64,000 bases of DNA from Rebecca billardiae RCC1528 (taxonomy: Eukaryota; Protista; Haptophyta): positions 806,001-870,000 of the forward strand of contig OZ251231.1 of NCBI GenBank assembly GCA_965240325.2, read 5' to 3'. Below the pieces are notes generated by a model. That model made no database searches. It was not told the DNA's origin and saw only the letters and a program-made list of their open reading frames with translations. Below are positions 11,061 to 21,341 of this stretch, piece by piece. Position 1 is the first letter of the stretch; each line of letters begins with the position of its first letter. The translations under genes and the position numbers were made by a program.

Positions 11061-12550
11061 GACTCGGCTGCCGCCGCCGCCGCCGCCGCCGCCGCCGTGA
11101 CGCGCGCGGTGCTCGGTGGCTCGTACTGCTGCGACACGATGTCGATGATCTGCTTGAGCGCGTTCGCGTTGCAGCGGAGGTGGCCAATCTCGCGGCCGAT
11201 CACCTTGGGCATGTCCACCTTCCCTCCGCGCGACGGCGGCAGGCGGCAGCGGAAGCCGATCCCTCTCAGGATCTTGACGACGTCGTACATCATGCAGCGC
11301 ATGTGGAGCTGGCTCGCGCCGTGCCGCCGTTTGATCATGTTCCAGATCGTGTGCTTGAAGGTGTGCTTGAAGGTGTTCTCCACGCCGTGCAGCAGCGGGA
11401 AGAGCACATCGTCGATGCGCTTGAGCCAGATCACCGGCGGCGACTCCTGCCCGCCGTGCTGCTCGACGTGGTCCAGCCACCCGCCGTGGTCGTCGTCGCG
11501 CATCTTGTGCAGCTTGTCGCGCGAGTCCTTGGCGGCGGCGGCGTTGGCGAACTTCACCTTGCAGCACGGGCACTCGAAGGGCTCGTTCTCGTGGCCCGGC
11601 ACCGGCGCGTGCGCGGCGTTGAAGCAGTACTCCATGGTGCGCCAGCTCGGCTCCGCCGTCGCCGGCTCCTTCCGGCCGTTGGTGCGACGGATGAACGGCT
11701 TCCTGCCGTTGTGCTGCGACACGCCGAGCACGCCGCGCGCGAACTCGCTGTCGCCGTTCAGCAAGAACTCGAGGTGGACGCAGCAGGAGCACTCCGAGTC
11801 GCACGGGTCGCGGTCGGGGTCCTCCACGCAGAGCTTCTTCACGCGCGTCATCTCGTACAGCACGTTGTACTCCGACCCGAGCGCGCCCGCCAGGTCGTGG
11901 TCGGAGCCGTCGAACACCGCGATCGTGTGGAAGTTGTTGGGCGCGCAGTAGCCGACGGTGAGCCCGGCGTCGCGCACGCAGATGATGGTGATCGAGTGGT
12001 TGCGGGCGACCTCGAGCGCGTCACCGCTGAGCGCGACGGAGAAGGGCTTCTTGACGAACTGCTGCTTGTCCAAGCCCGAGCCCTTGAGCGCGAGCTCCCA
12101 CGCGCGGTAGACGGCGCGCCGCACCGAGAGCGTGCACGTCTTGCCGTCGTCCTCGAGCACGATGCCCGCCTCCTCCGCCCACTGTGTGATCACCTTCTTG
12201 ACGCGTCCCCAGGACGGCCAGAGCGGGGCGTACACGCCGGGCATGATCTCGATGCGCTCGAACTTGCCGGTCGCGATGTTCACCTGCTTGCCCGTCATGT
12301 TGCGCGCGCAGATGTAGGTGTCCTGCGTCCAGTCGTTCATGATGACGATGGCCGCGAAGAGCTCGGGCTTGTACACGCGCTCCTCGATGGCGGTGATGAG
12401 AGCGCGGCGCACGTCCTGGTCGTGGCGGAGGAGCGACTCCGTGCGCATGATCTGCCGCGCAAAGTCGCCGCCGGACCCCACGTCGAGGAGGATCTTCGCC
12501 ACCTGGCCCGGATTCTGCGAGCGAAGGTACGCCTTGAGATTGAGGACGCC
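10115..12550 (-). CDS. Catalytic core of a RAG1/Transib-like transposase
   Basis: Collinear RAG1-like motifs: SVALSGD (D1, 12020-12022), DGSDHD (RAG1 DESDHE), LNGDSEFARGVLG (D2, 11750-11752), GQESPPV, FPLLHG, VIGRE, SVYIADSVWDAPACIRRHG and EDGQELKGSRARR (E, 10403-10405). Confidence 0.8.
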
Positions 12551-13636
12551 CCGTGCTCACGCGCTGCCGCACGGCGCGCGGATGCTGCGAGTGCTGCCCG
12601 CCGATCACGCGGAGCGGGTTGGCCGACGGGTCGATGGCGTGATTGGCCGCGACCTGCTCGGTCTGGCCGGCGCGACGAGCTTGCGCCTTCCGAGCTCGGT
12701 CAGATGCCCGCCTGCACTCCCCCTGCGCGTCCTTCAACTTCCTCTCGAGCGTCGCCACCTTGGCCAGCATCTTGTCGTCGCGCGTCCTCGTCAAACTCAC
12801 CTCGGCCATCACCTCGGTGAGCTCGGCCTCGACCAAAGCCAGCTCCGGGACCAGCGAGTGGACGGTCGACTCGAGACGGCGCACGTCCTCGTCCAGGAGG
12901 GACACGCGGCCCAGCACGTCCATCTTCTCCTGCTCCGACACCGCCGCCTCCTTCCGCAGCTCCTCGATCAGCCGGTCGCGCAGCTCCATCGTCGCCTCGA
13001 GCTCGGCAGCGCGGTGCAAGGCCGTCTGGTACGTCTCCACGGTGGTGTTGAGCGTGTCGGGCGTGCCGACGTCGACGAGCGCCTGCAGAGCGACGAGCTT
13101 GTCGTGCAAGTCGGCCACCACGTGGCGCTGCTTCTTCAGCTCGAGCACCAGCTTGTCGTTGTACTCGGCGGTGGTCATGCCCAGGTCGCGCGGCAGCGGC
13201 GGCTCGTAATTCTCGTCGTGGTGGCCGAGCGCGGCGCGAGAGCGCGTGACCGCCGGCAGCGGGGAGGCGAACGGCGGCGGCGACGACGGCGGGGAGGCGA
13301 CGGCGGCGGCGGCGGCAGCGGCCGGCACCGTGGGCGGGGTTGGCGGGGCCGGCATGGCTGGCGGCGACGCCGGCCCGTCTGCGTCCACCTCGATCGGCTG
13401 CGCCGGGTTGACGGCAGCATCGCCGGGTGGCGGCTCGTCGGGCGCGCAGTCGTCTGTGTCAGACTGCTGTTCGTGTGATGCCTTTGCCTTGGCGGCGCGG
13501 ATCGATCTTGCCCGCTTCGACCGCGTGTTGAAGCCAGGGGTTTGCCGCCGCCACCGCCTCTTGGACGAGCCGTGCCCTGTCGCACGCGCACCGGGGTCGT
13601 CGGGCAAGCCCGACGACCCAGCACCGGCGCTCACGC
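12551..13636 (-). CDS. Basic/Pro-rich plus coiled-coil N-terminal region of the transposase, joined to the core across a 1-bp frameshift
   Basis: Heptad-rich stretch LVLELKKQRHVVADLHDKL...VATLERKLKDAQ. Removing one G from GGGG at about 12549-12552 gives QRVSTGVLNLKAYLRSQNPGQVAKILL. A CGCGCAG acceptor lies at about 13637. Confidence 0.6.
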
Positions 13637-14748
13637 CTGCGCGCGAGCACGCGCGGCCGCGGCGCAGCGCGGGGGCGGCGCGCGGCGCGCGGCGGTGAGC
13701 GTGGGCGGGCGCGGGCGCGGGCGGGCGACGGGGCGCGCGGGCGCGCGCGAAGACGCGCCGGCGCGTGCGCGCCGCGCGCGTCGCGCCGACGTACCCGCGG
13801 CTGCGTCCATCCCACCTACGCCCACCTGAGCGCCCGCGCTCGCGTCGCGTGCGCTCGGCGCACCTGCCGCCGTCGCGCAGGCGCGGCGTGTGGCGCGGCG
13901 CGCAACGCCGGAGCGGCGGGCGGCGGTGAGCGCGGGCGGGCGCGGGCGGCGGGGCGCGTGGGCGGGCGCGAGGACGAGCCCGCGCGCGCGCGCCGCGCGC
14001 GTCGACGTACCCGCGGCTGCGTCCACCCGGCCCGCGCCCGGCTGGGCGCCCGCGCTCGCGCCGCGCGCGCTGAGCGCGCCTGCGCGCGAGCGCGCGCGAC
14101 CGCGGCGCGGGGGCGGCGCGCGGCGGTGAGCGCGGGCGGGCGCGGGCGCGGGCGGGCGACGGGGCGCGCGGGCGCGCGCGAAGACGCGCCTGCGCGCGCG
14201 CGGCGGCGCGCGCGTGGCGCGCGCGGCGCGTCGACGTACCCGCGGCTGAGTCCACCCGGCCCGCGCCCGGCTGGGCGCCCGCGCTCGCGCCGCGCGCGCT
14301 GAGCGCGCCTGCGCGCGAGCGCGCGCGACCGCGGCGCGGGGGCGGCGCGCGGCGGTGAGCGCGGGCGGGCGCGGGCGCGGGCGGGCGACGGGGCGCGCGG
14401 GCGCGCGCGAAGACGCGCCTGCGCGCGCGCGCCGCGCGCGTCGCGCCGACGTACCCGCGGCTGCGTCCACCCCGACCGCGCCCAGCTGGGCACCCGCGCT
14501 CGCGCCGAGCGCGCTGAGCGCGCCTGCGCGAGAGCGTGCGGCCGCGGCGCGGGGGTGGCGCGCGGCGCGGGGGCGGCGGGCGGCGGTGAGCGCGGGCGGG
14601 CTCGGGCTCGCGCGGGCGATGGGGCGCGTGAGCGCGCGCGAAGACGCGCCGGTGCGCGCGCGCCGCGCGCGTCGCGGCGACGTACCCGCGGCTGCGTCCA
14701 CCCGGCCCGCGCCCAGCTGGGCGCCCGCGCCCGCGCCGCGCGCGCTCA
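13637..14748 (-). repeat. Five ~215-230-bp GC-rich tandem units, each resembling a 69-nt exon plus an intron
   Basis: The plus-strand anchor GACGTACCCGCGGCTG occurs at about 13788, 14004, 14233, 14448 and 14679. On the minus strand each unit has an acceptor-like GCAG|G and a donor-like GCCGCGG|GTACGT. Confidence 0.75.
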
Positions 14749-15530
14749 CATCTCGGCCGGGCCGCTCGCCGACTGCTGCAGCCGCGCCTGCCGGTCCTGC
14801 CGAAGGATGGTCTGGCAGATGGCGTCCAAGCGAGAGTCGTACTGCTGGCCCCGCTGCCCCGCCTGGTACGGAATCGTTCGCAGCCGCTCCTTCAGCCGCC
14901 GCAGCTGCTTCGCGCGCAGCTCCTTCTCCAGGCCCGTCGGCATCGAGATGCGGCCGTCGGTGTGCAGCGTCGCGGCCCACGCCTCCCATTGCAGCCACTC
15001 CCTCCGCCCGATGGTCGTCGGCCGGCGCTTCCTCGTGTGAGTGAGGCGCAGGCGCACGAGCACGTTGTAGTTGCCCATCGGCGTGCGGCGCGCGTTCCCC
15101 ACCGCCGTCTTTGTGCGCGGGATCGACGTGTGGAAGCCACAGACGCTCTCGAGCACCTTCGGGTCCGTCAGATCGATCGTGAAGACGTCGCGCACCGCCG
15201 AGTGCAGGTCGGAGGCCTCCTCCGCTCGGTCGTCGATCAAAGCCTGCGGGCGCTTGCCCAGCAGAGCCTCCACCATGTGCGCGAACACCGGGAAATCGTA
15301 CGGGTCCCAAACCCCCCGAACGAAGCCACGGCAGGCCTTGAAACGCACCTGCTGAAGGGCGGTCCAGATTCGCCTGCGCAGACCCGAGATGTGCAAATCC
15401 ACGTTGATCAGCGCGAGAACCTTGTGGGCTGGCGGCGGCGGCAGGCGCGGCCGGCCGCGCTTGCCCCCGCGCGCCTTGCCCGCCGCCTTCCGCCGCGGCC
15501 GGCGCTTGTAGTCCTTGCTCCAGTCTGAGC
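14746..15530 (-). CDS. Upstream transposon-encoded ORF or exon of unknown domain (SDWSKDYKRR...LRQDRQARLQQ)
   Basis: About 260 aa of globular-looking sequence with coding bias inside the TIRs, preceded by a CGCGCAG acceptor at about 15531. The true start is uncertain. Confidence 0.6.
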
Positions 15531-16654
15531 CTGCGCGGCGCGGCGATGCGAGCGCATGCGGGCCGAGACGCAGTTCAGTGTACGCGTGCAATTTCACAGC
15601 CTCCCACACAATTTCAGGAGGGTGAGACGCACCGCCAGCGGCACCCGCACACAATCCCACCCTGCGAGAGCCACCTGCCACGTCTGCTGAGGCATCAGGC
15701 TCGGTCGCACTCGCGCGCGGCGCGCCAGCGAGCAGCGCGGCGCGCACCGTGCTTGCTGTGACGGCGAAAGCGGGCCATCCATCCGGTGTCGAGGGAGAAC
15801 TCGCGCGCTGCGCGGACGAGATCAGCACCCCACTCGAACGCGTAGTCAGGCCCGCGCGCCCCCGCGCCGTTCTTGGCCGCGTGCGCGCGCGCTGCTTTTG
15901 GGGGCAAGCTCTTCCGCCCGCGGCTCGCGAAGGTTGGCGGAAGGCGCGCGGCCGGTTGGCAACCCTCCCAGATGGCGATCTGAGCGACTCCGGGCTGCGG
16001 ACCGACCGGAACGTCATGGAAAATCCCGATTCTGCACTGTGATATGACGAGGCGGTTCATCCATCGAGACAGACGGGTAACGTATTTGAACAAGCACTAT
16101 TCAAAAGAATCTGGCTTCATAGCTGTTTTCGACCCAAAACAATCAAACGTCGCTCGGCAAACTCGTACTTCAGCATACAAGAGGGATAGGAATACTCACT
16201 TGTTTCACCCCCGGGGTATCTGATCCCACGTCCGTCCATAGTAGATACAAGAATTGCAGCGGGCGCGGCCTTTTAAGCTGTGATGGACAGCATACCCCCC
16301 CTCAAAAAGTCGAAAACTCACCCTCCAACAGCCCTCAAAATCGTCCCCCATGCCCTTTTCTTTGATCAAAAGATCTTTTTGACAACGTAGTGAGGGCCCC
16401 CGGCGGGGCTCCACGCTACGCGCTCCGCCCTGCACCGCGGGCCAGCACCGCGGGCCATAATGTATATGGTTCATGGACTGCTACGGGGTCGAGCAGAATA
16501 TCATCGATATTTATCAGGCGCACGTGTGCGTATTCATCATCAGCCTTCGGGAATTGGGAGTAGCTATTGGCCTTTTGCCCTCTGGCGAGCCAGTTGTGCG
16601 CACTTGAGCAGGCCTTGAGCAGGCTCGAGGCCACTTTTTTGCGCTCACGTGGAC

Positions 16655-17550
16655 ATGATGCCGAGCACGTCAGCTGGCGACGCCGACGAGGACCGCGCTC
16701 GCCGCGTATTGAACGTGCTGCTCGAATCCGGGGCAGTGAAGAAGGTGGCTAAGAGCACGCTCCAGAGCATCGCTGCTGCCATCTCACTCAGTCGTGAGGC
16801 ACAAGCAGGACGTGCCCTCTGCGGCGGTGAAGTACAACGTGCCCAAATGGTCGATCTACAACTTCGTTCGCAAGGTCCGCACCGTGCTGGAGGACGAGGG
16901 CGCAATCGGCAGGGGGAGCGCGACGCGACTGATCACCGACTTCACCACGCGCCCCGCAGGCCAGCTCCCTCCCTCCTCCGCTCACCCGGCCCAACAGCTG
17001 GCAGCCGCTTTGCGGCACTCGCCGCGCTCGACGGGGAAATGCCCGCTGCAGAGAAAGCACAGCCGCAGCGGGGGCGCCCGGCCGGCTCGCTCAGCCTGCT
17101 GGGCACGCTCAACCTAGGCGTCACGTGCTACCTCGGCTCGCTGCTGGCGGCGCTGCTCGCGTGCCCTTCCATCGTCTCGCTCGCCACATCTGCCGCGGCT
17201 GAGCAGTCCACCAACCCCATCGTGTCCCGAGCATGCGCTCGCTGGCGCTCGCGCATGTCAACTGCGAGTGGCCCAGCGAGGTGGGGCCGACGCGTAGCTT
17301 GCTCGAGCCGCTCCACGACGCGATCGCGGAGGTCTGTCGGTGGACAACGGCGTTTGGGCAGCAGCAGCAGGACGCGTGCGAGGTGCTGTACAAAATCATG
17401 GAGGCCCTGGCTGGCTGCGACGAGGCGTGCTCATACCTTGGCTTGCTCGAGTGCCTCGGTCAGCTGGCGAGCGAGCAGCCCTCGCAGCAGCAGCGCGTGC
17501 CGACGCCGACGATCTCGCAGCAGCAGCGCGTGCCGACGATCTCAGTCGGC
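16655..17550 (+). pseudogene. Frameshifted cargo: HTH (psq-like) fragment followed by a USP/peptidase C19 fragment
   Basis: SAAVKYNVPKWSIYNFVRK (about 16818-16875), Cys-box GTLNLGVTCYLGSLLAALLACP (about 17102-17170) and QQQDACEVLYKIMEAL (about 17360-17410) in different frames. No His box. Confidence 0.6.
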
Positions 17551-17770
17551 CATGACTTCGACTGTACACAATCGGCGCCTCGCCGGCGGCTGCGATGGGC
17601 CCGCCCGGCCGCGCGGCGGGCGGCGGCGCGCCGCTGGAGTCTACTCGCTGCCGGGCTCGCGGCCGGGCGGGCCCACTCTCGATCGCGACGGAGGGTGCGA
17701 CGGAGGGTGCACCGCCACCGCGGGCCCCGAACTACGTTCGTTCTATCTACGGAAAAGGACCGCGGAACGC

Positions 17771-20700
17771 CGCTGCGTTTTTTGTCGGGCCTGGGCCGCA
17801 ACGGCCCGCGAACAATTCACGCTTTTTTTCGCGATGCCCGCGGTTCTGCCTTCCCATTGGTCGGTCGATGGATCATCTCAACTTCTCCCGGGACAAAGTG
17901 AGACATATTATCTCAATAGCATCTTTATGAATCTTTGGAATCAAAGTTGAAAGAGCCAATCGTCATCCCGAAAGGCACGATGATGCCGATTCGGCCTAGC
18001 TGCAATCTTGTTAGCATCTCGGCCACTGTTCGCTGGATTTGTGCGGGTTTCTCAGCGGTCGAAGGGGTCTCAAGCAAAGTTGAAGGCTTGCGGGAGCGGA
18101 AACTAGGAGACCGCGGCGAAGTGGCGACAGCTTGCGAAGGGCGTCCACGATGGGCCATACGGCTTACTGTGCAAGGCAACTCGTGCGGGATCGGGCGCGT
18201 ACGGCGACGTTTGCATGGTCGTCAATGCGCAGGGTGGGCGGCCTGCGGTGAAACTCACACGACGCCCGACCGCTGGCAACCACACCGCCGTCAGGCCGAG
18301 CTTGGCCGCACCCCGCGTGCGGCGTGGACCGGCCGCCGAGTGGCTTGCGGCCCGCTCAGCACGTACGTCGTCTCACGCATCGGGCCGAAGCAGAAGCGGC
18401 GGTACATGAAGCTGGCAGACTCGGTCATGGAGTGCTTGTCGGTGCCGTCGAACGTCCACCCACCGACGTCCGTGCCGATGCCAAACTCCTTCTGCTGGCA
18501 TCCGAGGCACTCGATGATCACGCCCTTCGCCTTCGGCTTGTGGAGGCGTCCACGGCGTACCCGTATTGATTGGGACAGGCGATGCGCGAGGACAGCTGAG
18601 GGCAAGCCAGCCCGCGCGGTCCGAGCGTGCGCAGCGCGCGCCGCTGGGCTTGCGTGGCGGCAACAGGCTCCGTTGTGCGGCAGACGGTCGAGTCCGGGGC
18701 GCACACGTGCTGACGCAGTCGCCTACGCAACTGGCTTCGGCTGCCGTGCCTTCGCGGTCGTGCACCAAGCCTGCGTCGCCGCGCGCCGACGCGCCGCCGG
18801 CGCGGCGGAGTGCGGGACGCGGTGCCGCCGCCAGTCAGTCGTCCGGCTGACGAGTCCGCGTCGTTCAGTCACACACGGACGACGGCTGCCGCGTAATGAC
18901 CGGGCTGGCCCGCGGCCGCCCACCCAGCCAGTCCCAGGGTGTCCGGAGTCGTGACCGTTGGCAACGGTCACGACAGTGCTCAGGCCTCCTCCGAGAAGTT
19001 CGGCGCGTCGGGCTCGATCGTCATGCCGGCTGTCATGCCGCGCGCGCTAAATATTATCGTCGTCGATCGATTAATAATCTAAACGGGCGCCGTCGCCATT
19101 GCAAACTTATTCAAAACTTAAACTACGTCCGTACCGTCGGCTAGTACCGCTCAGATACTGCTCCAGCAGTCAGACTGTCAGTCCGACGGTCACTCCGGGA
19201 CCGCCGGACTCAGACTCAGTGCGTGACTTGTACTCTCCGGACCGGCACGGATGACCGCACGGTCCGACAGACGAGTCGGATCGACGGAGACAGGAGAGCC
19301 AGACTGAGACACGCGTCAGTTCGATAACGTGAGACAGTCATAGCACCGTACTCCGTAGTAGCCGACGAGGGCTCGGACAGTCGGACTCGACGTGTCAGTC
19401 CGTCAGACCGTCCGCCGTACGCGTCAGTGACGAGACAGCGGCGCCAGTCGGTCGCCAGTCGAGTGCGGCACCGGGGCGGGAGCCGGAGCCGCTGTCCCGT
19501 GTCCGAGTGGCACGCGGGTTCGAGCAGTTACACCGTGACGCCCGGCCTAAGTCGGTCCGCGCAAGACAGAAGTCGTGAGAAGACGCCGGCGGATCTGATC
19601 TGACTTACTGAGACTGAGCAGATGGCATCATATTCATATATAGCAGCATGCTGATCATATAAGTATATAGATAGCCATCAGCCGTACCGCAGCAGTAAGG
19701 CTGATGTAGGCCGCCTGCGCGGCCCTGAGCGGGAGCCTGATGCCAGCTGACTCCTGTCTGAGGCGCGCCCGGCGCTGCCGCGCCCGGCACCCGGCTCCGG
19801 CGCGGCCGGTGCAGGTCAGCCGTCACTCGTCAGGGTGTCAGCGGTCAGGACCGCGTCCGGCGTCCAAAATCTACGAGTCTGTCCGCGGTCTCGGCGCCCG
19901 GGTCCGGACCTTGAAGTCACTCAGCTGCGTCCGATGCCGCCATCCACAGAGGTATACAAAGTCCGTCTCCACGATCGTCAGAGTCACGCCGCCTCCTGAC
20001 TAAGGCCGCCGGGCGCGCGCGCGTCGCGCCCCGGCCGTGAGGTGATCGTGAAGAACTGCGCGCGCGTACGGCGCGCGCGCGTGCCGCGAGGGCTGAATTG
20101 GAATGGAACCCTGCCGTGCCAGGATATGCCCATCGCCCTCTGTCCTCGGGCGTCGCCCGTCCCAATGAATACTGGTACGCAGTGGACACCTCCACCTGCA
20201 GGCGTACAAGCGAACGGCGGCGGGCGACGAGGGGCACTGTGATGTGCGTGCTGCATCCAGGCAGCGCGCCGGACGCGTACCTGAGCTTCCTGAGAAGCTG
20301 GGCCTTGCATCGGGCTGTGCTGTTCTCGGCGGACGCGCGTCGTGTGAGCTTCACCATAGCCAGCCCACCCTGGGTGTCGACGACCTTGTAAACATCGCCA
20401 TGCGTGCTCGTCATCGTACCGCATAACGGTTCAGCCTCTCCGTAAGCCGCAGATGGGACATCCATCTGCTCGACTCCTCGCTGGGGAGCCTCGGGTCGCG
20501 CGCCGAATTCACCGACTTGCGCGACCTCAGCAGCCGGCCGAGCGGCGCCCAGCCGCGCATGCTTGCCCCCTCAGCACGGCGCGGCGCGGCGTGCACTCGG
20601 GCCAACGGGTGCCGCACGACATTTAGATAAAGAGCTTCTGCTCCTGCACTCGCAGGTTCCATAGCACGAGCGCGCCCAAGGCGAAGAGGAAGGCGTCGAC

Positions 20701-21041
20701 GGGTGCGGGCAGCGCGTGTTCGTCGTGCTCCCCCGAGGAGCGCGCCGAGGGCAACGCCACGTGCGCGGCGCCGGCGACGCCGGGCAGCGTGCTCATGGTG
20801 TCGTTGAGGAATTCCGAGATTCCTCTCCCAGACGCGGCGGCGGCGGTGAGGCCGCGCCGCCCTGCTTGGAAGGAGCTCCGACTCCCAAGAGGGCCTTCGG
20901 CTGCAAAGCTGATTCTCTTCCGATCTCCTAGCCGATCTTCGTTTAGTCTATTGGTCCGACGAAGCACAGAAAATGTTTTTTTGGGGGCCTCGGCGTGCCG
21001 ATCTCGCACGTTAGTTTGGCAAGCGGTACAGAAACGCTGCG
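17771..21041. mobile_element. ~3.3-kb insertion with short imperfect TIRs (CGCTGCGTTT / CGCAGCGTTT) inside the Helitron2 hairpin
   Basis: The flanks reconstitute GACCGCGGAACGCGGTCATT with a 1-3 bp overlap. The interior holds degraded coding fragments. Confidence 0.65.
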
Positions 21042-21240
21042 CGGTCATTCTATAGCACTTATTAGCAGCAGGCTGCGCTGCTGCTCGGACCTATTCTATA
21101 TAAGTCCGCCTAATAACACGCGGCGGTGATGCCTTTAATAAATTATAATTTTGCTATTAGCTACTGATGATGAAGGTAGTGTGAGACTGATAACTCAGTG
21201 ACTATTTACTCAGTTAATTATTTACTCAGCATCGTCATCC

Positions 21241-21243
<3 letters not shown>

Positions 21244-21273
<30 letters not shown>
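21244..21273 (+). repeat. (AG)n microsatellite followed by (ATT)n
   Basis: Directly visible. Confidence 0.95.
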
Positions 21274-21280
<7 letters not shown>

Positions 21281-21341
21281 ATTATTATTTATGAATATTA
21301 TTCTGATCGCGCGGCCTGCGTCGCCCGCGTAGTCACACTGA

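Larger units (their letters stand above)
9838..16041 (-). mobile_element. RAG1/Transib/CMC-like DDE DNA transposon with CACAGTG termini and a 2-bp (AT) TSD
   Basis: TIR CACAGTGCAGAA at 9838-9849 and its reverse complement at 16030-16041. AT occurs at 9836-9837 and 16042-16043. The reconstructed empty site aligns without gaps to the neighbouring repeat unit. Confidence 0.9.
8072..16457 (-). mobile_element. Second Helitron2/Helentron-like element nested in the first (about 2.2 kb without its own insert)
   Basis: On the minus strand the 5' end TGGCCCGCGGTGCAGGGCGGAGCGCG lies at 16444, with its first 13 bp duplicated out to 16457. The 3' subterminal IR is at about 8116-8128 and the hairpin GACCGCG-ttc-CGCGGTC at 8074-8090. 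Confidence 0.8.
7570..21047 (+). mobile_element. Outer Helitron2/Helentron-like element, interrupted by two nested insertions
   Basis: 5' end TGGCCCGCGGTGCAGGGCGG at 7570. The sequence resumes after 16458. The 3' subterminal IR is at about 17708-17726. The terminal hairpin is split into GACCGCGGAACGC (17758-17770) and GCGGTCATT (21041-21049). Confidence 0.7.

Noticed and set aside
14746-16017. RAG2-like partner gene
   Set aside because: No kelch GG repeats or PHD finger are visible, and it is co-oriented rather than convergent with the transposase.
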